Shown here piece after piece: positions 51,146 to 62,350 of a stretch of DNA of 64,000 nucleotides. The DNA lies in IMG/VR virus record IMGVR_UViG_3300027793_000078, positions 1 through 64,000 of that record. The stretch is one strand, 5' to 3'. The notes beneath the pieces were generated by a model. The model saw nothing but the letters and a program-made list of their open reading frames with translations, had not been told where the DNA came from and searched no databases. The number at the start of each line of letters is the position of its first letter. Position 1 is the first letter of the stretch. Origin of the DNA: a virus. A program made the translations under genes and the position numbers.

Positions 51146-52437
51146 ATGAAACTCAATAAACCTGATATTAATAAAATTAAGGAATTGTCGGAATCGGTTG
51201 AAAAGCTCACCGAGCAAGTTCATCAAATCAATGAACTTATTTTTCAATTGATTGTAAACAATATGTTTGAAGCGTATCCCGAACTCAAGAAGTTTGCATT
51301 TACCGGATATGTACCGGGCTATAATGATGGTGAAGAGTGTACTTTTACACTTGGCACTGATTATCCAGAAATCAATGAAGATGAAAGTGATGATTATTCC
51401 AACGATGTTAATAGTCAACTTAGTGATATTGTGACTGAATATCTAAACATTCTTCCGGAAGAGTTTTATCAGTCACATTTTGGAAGCAATTTTCGCGTGG
51501 TCGCTACCCGCGAAGGTGTAACTGTTGAAGATTACGACTGTGGCTATTAACAATTAATCAATTAAATATTATGACTTCATTTAAGACTGAAATTAACGCA
51601 TTGTACGCGAAGCAAAAGAAGGAATTGCAGAATGCAATTACCAATTATCTGAATACCCAATTCAAGGAATTCTTTGAAAAGAATCCATCGGCAAACTTTG
51701 TAAAGATCAATGCCCAGCAAAGCTACGATGATAACAATTATTCAGATTATGTTTATAAGGATAGCGATAGCATCCAAATCAATGCATACACTTACATGGA
51801 TATTGACAATGAAGATTGGGACGATGATGAATGTGTAGAAAACACTGGTCTAACCAGAGAGCAACATGCAAATTTAGCTAGTGAAGCGTCTGCTATTTTT
51901 GATCAAATTGATGATTCAATTTTATTGACTCTCTATGGCAATTATTTTGGATTGAAGATTGATCGTCTTGGTATTACACTTGAATCCAGTGATATTGCAA
52001 CGTACTAAATGAAAAATTCAACTTTTACTCCTTTAACAAAGGATTCAGTAAAAAATATGTCTAATAAAGAAATTTATCGCAAAGTTACGAGACAAGAGCT
52101 TGAAGCCCTTGGCTTTGTGTTTCCAACGGACAAGTATAAAGAGCATATTGCATTTGCTCGTAAATATTATCCCAAGGAAGCCACTTCACTTGTGCTCGCT
52201 ATTAATAGCGAATTCAATGATAACACCTATGACAATCGATTGTCGTATGTAATTGCTTACAATAAAGATGGTAATGAATTACCTCCATTGAAAGAGACTG
52301 CAAAGGAATGCCGTCAAAAGTGGTCGGAACTTTCTATTCCCGGCATGGGAAAATATGGTTATGAATCAATGGAACAAATTGAAGATATTGTGATTCCTTT
52401 GGCGGATAGCATTCCTGATCTGTATATCAAAATTTAA
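51146..52437 (+). CDS. Three acidic hypothetical proteins (51146-51550, 51571-52008, 52009-52437)
   Basis: Intact ORFs; share (Y/F)(N/D)D motif after a beta strand. Confidence 0.6.
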
Positions 52438-52639
52438 TTTAAACACGATAGTCATAGCTGATCTGACGTAATAAGAATTAATAAAGGTCTATTACCTGTA
52501 AACATACGAGGAATGATGCAAATTATAGGGGAAGAGTAAGCGAAACGAGAATTCCCTCTTGACTATCGTGGTTTTTTCTGTAGAGTAGTAAATCGTAGTA
52601 AGTAACAAATTAACAAAAAAATACAAACAAGATAAATAA

Positions 52640-53491
52640 ATGAATGTAAATGTCGCAAATGTTGAGTTGAATGAGTTTAGTTGGGCCGAGGGAAACAAGG
52701 GCAATTGTTTTGTTGTAGGACGCAATACTAAGGTTTTGCCGTCTGCATTTTATACAATTGCACAAAATCAGGACGGTACATATAGCTATTATCGCCAGAC
52801 TGTTAAGACTGACGAATTGATTTCGTTCAAGAATAGTATGGCTGCTGAAATTCTTGCTGAAATCGAGAATTTCTGGAACAACGCTGATAAGTTCAAGCAA
52901 TATGGATTTTTGCAGCGTCGTGGATATATGTTTTATGGACCTCCGGGTAGTGGCAAAACTGCAATTACCGAGCAGATTGTTTCTGCTACCATCCGCAATG
53001 GTGGTGTAGCGTTCATGTGTCGCAATGATCCAGAAGATTTTGCAGAGGGACTTTCTTGGTTCCGTCGATATGAGCCGGATCGTCCAATTGTTTGTTTGTT
53101 TGAAGACATTGATAGCATCATTGACCGTTACGGTGAGAGCGATTTGCTCAGTTGCTTGGATGGTGAGAATCAGGTTGACCATGTGCTCAACATTGCAACC
53201 ACCAATTATCCTGAAGAGTTGGATAAGCGTATTATCAATCGCCCACGTCGTTTTGATCGTATTGTTAAGATTGGCTTTCCTGATGCCAAGATTCGTGAGC
53301 AATACTTTATTAACAAGCTCAAGATTGGTCCGAATGAAGTTAAGAAGTGGGTCGGTGTTACCAAAAACTTCAGTTTCGCTGCAATGACTGATTTGGTAAT
53401 TAACGTCAAGTGCTTTGGTTACACTCTTGATGACAGTGCCAAGAAGGTTGCCGCAACCTTGAATGTCAAGGCGGACAGCAAGGATTTCTAA
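52640..53491 (+). CDS. AAA+ ATPase
   Basis: YGPPGSGKT, FEDID, TTNYPE.LD, RPRRFD. Confidence 0.92.
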   Translation: MNVNVANVELNEFSWAEGNKGNCFVVGRNTKVLPSAFYTIAQNQDGTYSYYRQTVKTDELISFKNSMAAEILAEIENFWNNADKFKQYGFLQRRGYMFYGPPGSGKTAITEQIVSATIRNGGVAFMCRNDPEDFAEGLSWFRRYEPDRPIVCLFEDIDSIIDRYGESDLLSCLDGENQVDHVLNIATTNYPEELDKRIINRPRRFDRIVKIGFPDAKIREQYFINKLKIGPNEVKKWVGVTKNFSFAAMTDLVINVKCFGYTLDDSAKKVAATLNVKADSKDF

Positions 53492-53504
53492 AAAAATCAA
53501 ATAC

Positions 53505-53537
53505 AAAAAAAGCTCCATCGAAAGATGGAGCTTTTTT
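53505..53537 (+). terminator. Intrinsic terminator
   Basis: AGCTCCATC-GAAA-GATGGAGCT + T run. Confidence 0.88.
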
Positions 53538-53617
53538 GTTGACGAAGTATAGAAACCTGCTAGGATCATCAGCGTAGAAAGTCGGTAACACAAAACATCT
53601 AAAAAACAAAAAATAAC

Positions 53618-54361
53618 ATGTTCGCTAATATTCTTAATCAGTTTCAGCCTATTGGTGCCAAGGAAGTTGGTATTCTTGCATCTATTATTGTCATGGACGC
53701 CGCATTGAGCGGTGACAACAGTATTGCAATCACCGCCATGACCAAGCATCTTTCAGATAATTTGCGTCAAAAGGCAATTTATCTCGGTATGGTTCTTGCC
53801 GCATTGTTTCGATTTATTGCATTGTTTTTCACTGCGTTTATTATCAATAATCCGTGGGTGCAGATTCTTGGTGCATTGTATCTGGTTCATCTGTGCTGGT
53901 CGCATTTCCGTGAAGAGGAAGAGGAAATGGAAGGATTTGCACACAAGCAAAAGGGATTTTTCGCTACACTTGCCGCAATCGGAATTCTTGATTTGAGTCT
54001 TTCTTTGGATAATGTTGTGGCGATTACGTCCATGACCAAGAATCTTACGGTTATTTTCATTGGTGTTGCCATGAGTATTGCCATGTTGGCCGTTGCCACC
54101 AAGGTTACGTCATGGTTGATGAAGCGGTTTCCTAGCATTCAGGATGCAGCATATATTATTCTTGGATTTCTCGGTGTCAGTATGTTGTTGGCTCATACCA
54201 GTGAATTTCTTATTTGGGCTGGCAATCTGATTCATAAGCATCATGACAAAATTGAACATATGAAGGTTGAAATTGGTGAAATTGGTGAAATCATTGGTGT
54301 GGCGATTATTCTTGGATTCTCGTTGCTCAAGGATACCGCATTCAAGAAGGTCAAGAATTAA
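53618..54361 (+). CDS. terC: TerC family integral membrane protein
   Basis: LSGDNS, A.LFR, GALYL, DLSLSLDNVVA. Confidence 0.88.
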   Translation: MFANILNQFQPIGAKEVGILASIIVMDAALSGDNSIAITAMTKHLSDNLRQKAIYLGMVLAALFRFIALFFTAFIINNPWVQILGALYLVHLCWSHFREEEEEMEGFAHKQKGFFATLAAIGILDLSLSLDNVVAITSMTKNLTVIFIGVAMSIAMLAVATKVTSWLMKRFPSIQDAAYIILGFLGVSMLLAHTSEFLIWAGNLIHKHHDKIEHMKVEIGEIGEIIGVAIILGFSLLKDTAFKKVKN

Positions 54362-54381
54362 CAAATTAAATATAAAAATAT

Positions 54382-55563
54382 ATGAGTAATACTACTACTA
54401 TTACCGTGGACGACAATCCTACTGTATTGTTTGGTGCCACGAACAAATCTAATATGGCAGTTGCTGCAAAGTCAGCCAATTTGAACATTGTGTTGAGTGA
54501 TACTGCCAAGCAACAGGCAATGCAAATTGCAAATAGCATGCCTTTCACGTCGATGGACGAAAAGCAGGTTGTTCTGTTTGGTCATCATCTGCAAAAGGGT
54601 CTTTCTGAAAAGATGGACGTGATGTTGCAGGAAATTACCAAGGGCAACAGTCCTGTTCTTTTTGAGTTGTTTCGGCAACTTAAGAAGGGTATCAATACAG
54701 CAAATATTGGTGAAATCGAAGCGGAAATTCGTAAAAGCATCAACAAGGGATTCTTTACCAATATTCTTGAAAGTGTTGGTCTGAGCAGCGTTGCCGGGCG
54801 CATGCAAAAGGCAAATGCCAAGATCAATGAACTAATCACCAAGAAAGCCACCACTCTACGTGAGTTGATTGGAGAAATGGAATTGTCAATTCAAAACGAA
54901 GCCAATAAGCTAATTGAGAGCACCAGTCGATTGCATCAGTTGGGCGACAGCTATCGTGACAATATTGAGGAAGTTGGTATTTATGTCGAAGCTGGTCGTG
55001 CGATTTATAATCAGGCTTTGATCGAATATAACAAGCAATTGGAAGAAGCTAAGAACAGTCAAGATCCAGTTAAGGCTGAATCGTGCAAGCGATTCAAACA
55101 GGCACTTGACATGTTTCAAGCCCGTGTTGTTGTACTTGAAACCGCATACGCCAAGAGTCCTGTTGAAATGGAATATATTCGACTTGGTGAAGGCGCAAGT
55201 TTGACCACACTTGGTGAAACTGCAAATACTGTGCTGGAGGAATTTAATGATATCAAGAGCACTCTTATCAAATTGAGTGTTATTCATCAAATTCAGACGG
55301 TTCAAATTATGAATCAGGAACGTCGTGAACTTCGCAAGGCATTGCAGAGTCATAGCAACGATTTGCTGGAAGATGTGGCTGTCAATGCTGAAAAGAGCAA
55401 GGGTATTCATCGATTGGAAGATGCTGAACAGTTGCTTGACATTGCCAAGAGAATCGATACAATCTATACCAAGGTTGAGGAAGAAAACAAAAACAATCAA
55501 CTACGTTTTGCCGAAGCTCGTACCAAGTTGGTAGAAGCCAAGGCTATTGTCACTAAACTGTAA
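54382..55563 (+). CDS. TelA-like toxic anion resistance coiled-coil protein
   Basis: Size, coiled-coil composition, FG...Q, YVEAG motifs; context between terC and terD. Confidence 0.65.
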   Translation: MSNTTTITVDDNPTVLFGATNKSNMAVAAKSANLNIVLSDTAKQQAMQIANSMPFTSMDEKQVVLFGHHLQKGLSEKMDVMLQEITKGNSPVLFELFRQLKKGINTANIGEIEAEIRKSINKGFFTNILESVGLSSVAGRMQKANAKINELITKKATTLRELIGEMELSIQNEANKLIESTSRLHQLGDSYRDNIEEVGIYVEAGRAIYNQALIEYNKQLEEAKNSQDPVKAESCKRFKQALDMFQARVVVLETAYAKSPVEMEYIRLGEGASLTTLGETANTVLEEFNDIKSTLIKLSVIHQIQTVQIMNQERRELRKALQSHSNDLLEDVAVNAEKSKGIHRLEDAEQLLDIAKRIDTIYTKVEEENKNNQLRFAEARTKLVEAKAIVTKL

Positions 55564-55574
55564 AAAATAAATAT

Positions 55575-56195
55575 ATGGCTACGTTTAATCTGAAGAAGGG
55601 TAATAAGTTCAATATCGACAAGGGCATTCGTAATGTTCTTGTTGGAACTGGATGGAAGATTAATTCTTCCAATGGTTCTGCTTTTGATATTGATTTGAGT
55701 GTGTTTGGTTGTGTTCGTGATGTTGCTGGTAATCCTACCTTTTACAATCAGGGTTCGCATGCTGTTTGCTATGCAAATTCTGACCTAAAGAAGGGTGCAA
55801 ATAAGAGTTTGCTTACCGAAGATGGCAGCATTGCACACACTGGCGACAATCGTATTGGTGCAAATGGTACAAATACTGACGCCGAGCAGAGTGTTGTCAA
55901 GTTGAGTGATTTGCCGAGCGACATCACTGAAGTTAGCTTCTTTATTACCATTTACGAGGCAAAGAAGCGCATTCAGAAGTTTGGTTCCATCAGCGGTGCA
56001 TATATTCGTGTAGTGGATATGGAGACCAACAACGAATTGTGCCGTTATGACTTGCAGAAGGAGTTTGATAATGCTATCAGTATTCAGGTTGGTAGTCTGA
56101 TTAAGGATACCGACACTGGTAGTTGGTCATTTAGCGCAGTTGGTGCTGGTAGCAATAATGAAGATTTGGGCGACATTCTTGGTAAGTTGTCCTAA
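55575..56195 (+). CDS. terD: TerD family stress protein
   Basis: LKKG, GTGW, FDIDLS, HTGDNR.G, TIYEA..R.Q.FG, W.F.AVG. Confidence 0.9.
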   Translation: MATFNLKKGNKFNIDKGIRNVLVGTGWKINSSNGSAFDIDLSVFGCVRDVAGNPTFYNQGSHAVCYANSDLKKGANKSLLTEDGSIAHTGDNRIGANGTNTDAEQSVVKLSDLPSDITEVSFFITIYEAKKRIQKFGSISGAYIRVVDMETNNELCRYDLQKEFDNAISIQVGSLIKDTDTGSWSFSAVGAGSNNEDLGDILGKLS

Positions 56196-56213
56196 AATTA
56201 AACTAGTATAAAC

Positions 56214-57089
56214 ATGACCCCGAAAACAATATTTGGAAATGCGTCTATTAAAAAGACGGATGAACCTTCTTCTACAAAGGTTACGCCTTCCGTATTGTTT
56301 TCGGGGAATGTTATTACCAAGACCGAGAAGGTGTCCAAATCAGAGCCTTCTCAAATTTTTGGAAAAACAGCAATTGTTCGCAATAGGATCAAAGTTAGTG
56401 TAGTTGATTTGAAAGATAAATATCCTAAAATCAATGATGCTGTTCTTAACAAAGCTGTAGAATTGATTTTAACTACCAATTGCGAACAAATTAATCAAAC
56501 TGATATTATCAATTGGGGATATAGTGCCCAAGAAAAATATACAGATTTGGTTGAAAATATTGCAAATATCAATGGCAGTGTGTTGCTGTCGGCGACCAAA
56601 CAATTGATCAATGAAATTGGAGAGTTGATTGAACTCGACACAAAAACCAATGGAATAATCAAAAAGCTATTCAATAAAAACAATACAGAAGCGATTTATC
56701 GCAAGATTGTAGTCAAAAATGAATTGCTGAAGAAAAATACAATTATGCTGCATAATCTTCTTGAAGTTATCAAGAATTGTATGCAGAATACCATTGCGTT
56801 AGAGCACGAAATACTAGTAAATGTAATTGCCGGTAATTTCATAATGGATTTTATTCCAAATCAGTATAAAGATACATTTACTTCACGTATTATCAGCTTG
56901 GAATCATTGAATACACAATTCAAGTTGAGTAAAAAGCAACTTGAATTGTTAGATGAAACTATCATTAAAATGATTAGTATCATTCAGGATACACTTTCTG
57001 TAGAAGTGCCTACGTGGTATAACAATAAAACTTTCGTAAATATCAGCGAGAATAAGAAACAAGAAATTCTAAATAAAATTAAACTATGA
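56214..57089 (+). CDS. Second TelA-like/coiled-coil protein
   Basis: WG..AQ...; VP.W C-terminal motif; operon context. Confidence 0.45.
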   Translation: MTPKTIFGNASIKKTDEPSSTKVTPSVLFSGNVITKTEKVSKSEPSQIFGKTAIVRNRIKVSVVDLKDKYPKINDAVLNKAVELILTTNCEQINQTDIINWGYSAQEKYTDLVENIANINGSVLLSATKQLINEIGELIELDTKTNGIIKKLFNKNNTEAIYRKIVVKNELLKKNTIMLHNLLEVIKNCMQNTIALEHEILVNVIAGNFIMDFIPNQYKDTFTSRIISLESLNTQFKLSKKQLELLDETIIKMISIIQDTLSVEVPTWYNNKTFVNISENKKQEILNKIKL

Positions 57090-57832
57090 GCAAATTCGTA
57101 CTTGAAAAGGCAGTGGAAAAGACACGATTCGTACTTGATAAAAAGCAGGTAAAGAATATCAAGGCACATATTGTGATTGATCTGGATGTAAGCGGATCAA
57201 CAAAAGACATGTATAGTCGTGGATTGTTTCAAAAGGCATTTCAGCAAGTGTTGCCTATTGGCATTCTATTTGACGACAACCAAGAGGTTGATACGTTTAC
57301 GTTTAATGATGGTGAATCACACGATCATATTACACCAAATGCCACCAAAGACAATTATAGCGATTATATTCGCAAGTATATATTGAATAATGGTGCCGTT
57401 AAAAAGTGGGGTGGAACCGATTACGCTCCTGTATTGAAATCGAATCTTGATGAATTCAAGTTTATTCGTGAATCCACGTCCACTAAAAAGAGCTTTTTTG
57501 GTCTTTTCAACAGCACCAAAACTGAAACCAAGCTACATTCTACAAGTGAGAGCGGATATCCTGTAATTGTATTTTTCTTTACAGATGGTGAAAACTCTGA
57601 TAAAGCAGATACTCTGGAACTAATTAAAAATTGTCAAGAGAACAATGTAAATATTTATTTTCAGTTTATTGGTATTGGTAGTGGCAACTTTGAATTTCTA
57701 ACAGTGCTTGCCGACCAGTTTTCAAACACTGGATTTGTAAATGTATTGGACCTTGATAAGGTTGTGGATGACGATTCGTTTATTGACATTCTGTTGAATG
57801 ATGAATTGTGTGCATATCTGAAAGCTAAGTAA
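57086..57832 (+). CDS. vWA domain protein (Ter-associated)
   Basis: DVSGS MIDAS, FDD, GGTDYAP, FFTDGE, FQFIGIG. Confidence 0.85.
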   Translation: MSKFVLEKAVEKTRFVLDKKQVKNIKAHIVIDLDVSGSTKDMYSRGLFQKAFQQVLPIGILFDDNQEVDTFTFNDGESHDHITPNATKDNYSDYIRKYILNNGAVKKWGGTDYAPVLKSNLDEFKFIRESTSTKKSFFGLFNSTKTETKLHSTSESGYPVIVFFFTDGENSDKADTLELIKNCQENNVNIYFQFIGIGSGNFEFLTVLADQFSNTGFVNVLDLDKVVDDDSFIDILLNDELCAYLKAK

Positions 57833-57836
57833 ATAT

Positions 57837-58433
57837 ATGAGTAATACGTTCTTTACTAGCGATACGCATTTCCACCACGCGAATATAATTCGTTATAGTA
57901 ATCGTCCATTTCGAGATAGTGTCGAAATGAACAATAAACTAATTGAAAACTGGAATGCAGTTGTTCAGCCGGACGATCTAATTTATCATTTGGGCGACTT
58001 CAGCTTTGGTCGTGACGATTATCTATTTGAAAGTGTAATTAATAGATTGAATGGATACATTGTGTTTATTGAAGGCAATCACGACAAGCTTGCCAGACGC
58101 AATAAACATAGATTTTACAATTATCACTATGGATATTGTGAAACCACAGTAAATGGACAATTTATTGTAATGTCGCATTATCCGATGGTTGTGTGGAACA
58201 AAAAGCATCATGGTAGTTGGATGCTTTGTGGACATACACATTATAATTTGCCAGTTTCCAGAACTGATAGCAAAGAACTTGGTAAATTGTTGGATGTGGG
58301 AGTTGATGGAAACGACTATAAACCCTATAGTTTTGATGATTTGGTTAAAATCATGAATAATAAGCCATTGCTTCCATCCAATTCATTGTATAGCGACCAT
58401 CATGGACGCAACAGCAGCGATGCCGCCGAATAA
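57837..58433 (+). CDS. Calcineurin-like metallophosphoesterase
   Basis: SDTH, HLGDF, GNHD, HYP, GHTH, DVGVD. Confidence 0.9.
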   Translation: MSNTFFTSDTHFHHANIIRYSNRPFRDSVEMNNKLIENWNAVVQPDDLIYHLGDFSFGRDDYLFESVINRLNGYIVFIEGNHDKLARRNKHRFYNYHYGYCETTVNGQFIVMSHYPMVVWNKKHHGSWMLCGHTHYNLPVSRTDSKELGKLLDVGVDGNDYKPYSFDDLVKIMNNKPLLPSNSLYSDHHGRNSSDAAE

Positions 58434-58478
58434 AGAAAGTTATTGACTTTCGATAGAACCATGATAACGTCTTTCCAG

Positions 58479-58868
58479 ATGAATAAACATCTGGAAAGGC
58501 GAACTATTGATTTAGCAAAAGCGATGTGTCCTCTTAATATTGAAAGGAGGACAAGTCACGTCGCGTTCTTGGTAAAGAAAGGCAAAATTGTACATATTGG
58601 AATCAATCTTGCAAAGAGTCATCCGATTACAAAGGGCCACAATTACAAAGATTATCAACATACAGGTATTCACGCTGAAGTGAATGCGTGTCTTAAAAGC
58701 GGCAAAGAAAATCTAAATAAATATAAATTAATTGTTGTTCGAATCGGTCGTAATAACGATATTAAAAACAGTAAACCTTGTATTGGATGTCAGGGAATAA
58801 TTCATCAATTTAATATTGGTGAAGTTTGGTATAGCACCGATGGCGGCACTTTTGAAAAGATGAAGTAG
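58479..58868 (+). CDS. Cytidine/deoxycytidylate deaminase-like Zn protein
   Basis: HAE and SKPC..C motifs. Confidence 0.75.
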   Translation: MNKHLERRTIDLAKAMCPLNIERRTSHVAFLVKKGKIVHIGINLAKSHPITKGHNYKDYQHTGIHAEVNACLKSGKENLNKYKLIVVRIGRNNDIKNSKPCIGCQGIIHQFNIGEVWYSTDGGTFEKMK

Positions 58869-58910
58869 GTACTTGACTACAACCCATAAACTGCTAACAT
58901 AGACACGTAT

Positions 58911-60062
58911 ATGAACAAGACTTTTCCTACTCTTTACGCAAAAGACAGCAACAACAATACCCGTATTTGGTACATGGAACAAACGGGCCGTTTGTATCGA
59001 ACTCACAGTGGAGTCAAAAATGGACAAATTGTAACTAGCGAGTGGAGCACTGCCGAAGCCAAAAACGTAGGCAAGAAAAATGCAACAAGTGCAAGTGAAC
59101 AAGCCACTGCCGAAATTGAAGCGAAGTATAAAAAGCAATTAAAGACTGGCTATCATGAAGATGAAGCTGATGCTGCATCTGGCACCAATTATGTTGAGCC
59201 GATGTTGGCAAAGCCTTTGAAGGATTTGAGCAAAAAGCCAAATTTCCAAAAAGAAACTTGGGGTATGCAATGTAAATATAACGGCAATCGTTGTGTTGCT
59301 ACCAAGAATGGATTATTCACCCGCAAAGGTGAAAAGTATGCAAGTGTGCCACACATTGAAAACGCACTTAAGCCATTTTTTGACAAGCACCCTGATGCTG
59401 TGCTTGATGGTGAATTGTTTAATAACGAGCTTCGTCAGCAGCTAAATGAAATTAGCAAGCTGATTCGCAAGACCAAGCATATTCAAGCCTGTGATTTGGA
59501 GCAGAGTGAAAAGCTTGTAAAATTCTATATTTACGATGGATATGGATTTACGTCGTCCACCTATGATTTTAGTGAAACCGCTCCTTATAATGTTCGTAAA
59601 GCATTTATTGATGGTAATGTAATTCCGCATTCTGATTATTTTGTGAAAGTGACGACGCACATCGTCAAATCCGAAGAGCATATGAACGAACTGTTTAAAA
59701 CTCTTCTATCGGATCAACAGGAAGGCGGCATGCTTCGCAAGATGGACAGTGGCTATGAACACAAGCGCAGCAAGAATCTTGTAAAAGTAAAAGCTGAAGA
59801 CGATGATGAAGCTGTAATTCTTGATATTACAGATGGTGATGGCAATTGGAAGGGTGCCGCAACAAATGTTACGCTCAAATGGAAAGATATTACATTTGAT
59901 GCTGTTTTCAAGGGTAGCTATGAAGTTCGTGCTGCAATTCTTAAAAATAAAAATAAATGGATTGGCAAGACTGTTACCTTTTTGTATATGGGCTTGACTG
60001 GTTTGGGAACTCCAAATTATGCCCGTATTGATCCCGATAATTGTTTCAAAGCTGATCGATAA
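58911..60062 (+). CDS. ATP-dependent DNA ligase
   Basis: PMLA, KYNGNR, LDGEL, YIYD, EGGMLR, Y.HKRS..L.KVK. Confidence 0.9.
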   Translation: MNKTFPTLYAKDSNNNTRIWYMEQTGRLYRTHSGVKNGQIVTSEWSTAEAKNVGKKNATSASEQATAEIEAKYKKQLKTGYHEDEADAASGTNYVEPMLAKPLKDLSKKPNFQKETWGMQCKYNGNRCVATKNGLFTRKGEKYASVPHIENALKPFFDKHPDAVLDGELFNNELRQQLNEISKLIRKTKHIQACDLEQSEKLVKFYIYDGYGFTSSTYDFSETAPYNVRKAFIDGNVIPHSDYFVKVTTHIVKSEEHMNELFKTLLSDQQEGGMLRKMDSGYEHKRSKNLVKVKAEDDDEAVILDITDGDGNWKGAATNVTLKWKDITFDAVFKGSYEVRAAILKNKNKWIGKTVTFLYMGLTGLGTPNYARIDPDNCFKADR

Positions 60063-60415
60063 AATTATGAAAATTCAAAAAATGATCATTCAAACTAGTT
60101 GTCACGAATTCCAAGATAGTGTAAATACACACCTTTCAGCAGGATGGACTGTTGTGGTTGGTACTTTTCAAATCTGTGGTATTGGAGAGCATGAAGATTA
60201 TGAATTTCGATATGGCGTTGTGTTAGAAAAAAATAACAATTAATTTATGCATTCTTCTTCATACGGAAAAACTACGTTTGTCTACAATAGTGATTACAGT
60301 GGTCCAATAGTTATTGTAGCCAATGGACACAGTATTGAAACTGATATTAAAGCGATTGAGCAATTTATCGAAAATAAAAAACGTATGGAAAAAATTGCTA
60401 AATTGGAGAATGGCG

Positions 60416-60883
60416 ATGAAATTGTTTAAATGGGTAAAAGAAATTCGTAGTAAAAATGGCGTATTGCATTTTAAGCGATTCGCCATAGTTGAAACTTCAT
60501 ATTTCTCTGTGTATTGGCATAAAATCTATCAACACGACAAAGATTTGCACATGCACAGTCATCCATGGGCATTTTTCGGAATTATCATCAAAGGATCATA
60601 TGTTGAAGAATACTTGAAGAAATCCTCAATTGGCAATATTTTTTGGCCTATTGGTATCAGTTTAAGCAGTGCTTATCGAACCAAGAGACCATTTAGTATT
60701 GGTTTTGGTGGCCGTAAATATTTTCATCGTATTCATAGAATCGAAAATGGTCCTGTTACCAGTTTGTTTTTTACATTTGGAAAACACCAAAATTGGTATT
60801 ATAGAACTTCTTTAGGAAGAGACGGTTTGATTGAAAGCGAAGAATATCGTAAGTTAAAACACGAAGGTAAATTACCCAATTAA
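60416..60883 (+). CDS. Cupin-like protein
   Basis: HSHPW....IKGSY.E...FHRI. Confidence 0.55.
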   Translation: MKLFKWVKEIRSKNGVLHFKRFAIVETSYFSVYWHKIYQHDKDLHMHSHPWAFFGIIIKGSYVEEYLKKSSIGNIFWPIGISLSSAYRTKRPFSIGFGGRKYFHRIHRIENGPVTSLFFTFGKHQNWYYRTSLGRDGLIESEEYRKLKHEGKLPN

Positions 60884-61738
60884 TATGAATGAATTTTATA
60901 AATTTGCATCTATACATCCAATTTTGACATTTTTGATTGTGTTGGTAGTAACGAAAATGGTAGTACAGTGTTGTGCTATTATTTTCAATAGAGACTAACC
61001 CAACGAAGAATAAATTATGATTTACGCCATAACTCAATTTGTCAATTTTGACGTTGAGAAAGAGCGAGAAAGATTAAATAGTTGTTTTGAAGACGATGTT
61101 CTTCATAGACAATTGCATATTTTTCAACTTTTTCTTGACGGCAACTATGACGAGTGCTATAAGTGTATAGCATTGCTACCATACGATAAAGAAAACGAAT
61201 GCGATGAAGCTGAATACGTTTGTCCGTTCATTTTTGAATGTATGCGTAGTATTAAAGAAATTCCAAATGTAAGAATTGAACCTATACATGAATCCGAATC
61301 CACAAGTTCAGAAGCCAAAGGTTGACAATCATGGTCATTTTTTGCAACTATTGATTGATTATCCTCCGCAATATAAGATCGGTGATTATGTGAAATATTA
61401 CCTAAAAGGTGGTTCAATTACATATCGTGGATATGTAACTTGTCGTGTATTTAACGAACGAGAAAAGACATGGAAGTACACAATTAAAGATTCACATGCA
61501 TATACAATTGATGATTGTGTTGTATTGGGATATGCGAATGAATGAACATACACGTAGCTGAAGAAATAAGAAACAAATATCCTAATATGGAATTTCGTGG
61601 CAAACCACGATCCATAAAGAATAGAACTGTAATAGAAGCAATCAATCAAGCTACAAACATGAATTTCTATTATAGTTTTGATGAAGATTTCTTTTGGTTC
61701 ACCAATTGTGAAATTCCTGATTGGAAGATGGAGAAAGT

Positions 61739-61987
61739 GTGACACACTATTGTTATTTGCTTGTATGCAGTGACAATACGTTGTATTGTGGATATACAAA
61801 CAATCTAAACAAAAGAATTGCCGCGCACAACAAGGGCAAAGGCGCCAAATATACAAAAACACGATTGCCTGTTAAATTGGTATATAGTGAAGTTTTTGAC
61901 AATAAAAGCGAGGCCATGAAACGTGAGTGGCAAATCAAACAATACACTAGAAAAGAAAAACTAAAACTAATCAATGATTACAAATAA
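61739..61987 (+). CDS. GIY-YIG nuclease (UPF0213-like)
   Basis: Y.YLL.C.D.TLY.GYT.NL.KR...HN.G.GAKYT...E..IK. Confidence 0.88.
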   Translation: MTHYCYLLVCSDNTLYCGYTNNLNKRIAAHNKGKGAKYTKTRLPVKLVYSEVFDNKSEAMKREWQIKQYTRKEKLKLINDYK

Positions 61988-62350
61988 ATTTTTTCTAACA
62001 CTAGCTAGAACAATAGATCATCGTGTCGGAACCACAGATGATTGTAAACCTGATATTCCTGCGTTACCCATCAAATATGCACTTGCCAGTTTTTTCATTC
62101 GATTTATACTGGTAATGTTTAATTTTATTGTTGGCGTATTTGTAATTTCAAGTATTATTCATCATTGGTAAAATTATGAACATTAACTTTGAATGGCGTC
62201 TTAATGCACGTAATGGTGGCGGACTTTTCGTTGGCATTAAACTACATTTTCCAACCAGTTTGTGTGATGATGACGATTGTAAAAAAGAATGGAAAAATGT
62301 ATTGATTCAAATTGGACTTATTGTATATACAGTTAATATTAATATAGATT

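Noticed and set aside
52610-53749. 379-aa minus-strand ORF
   Set aside because: Antisense to a clear AAA ATPase and terC; no motifs.
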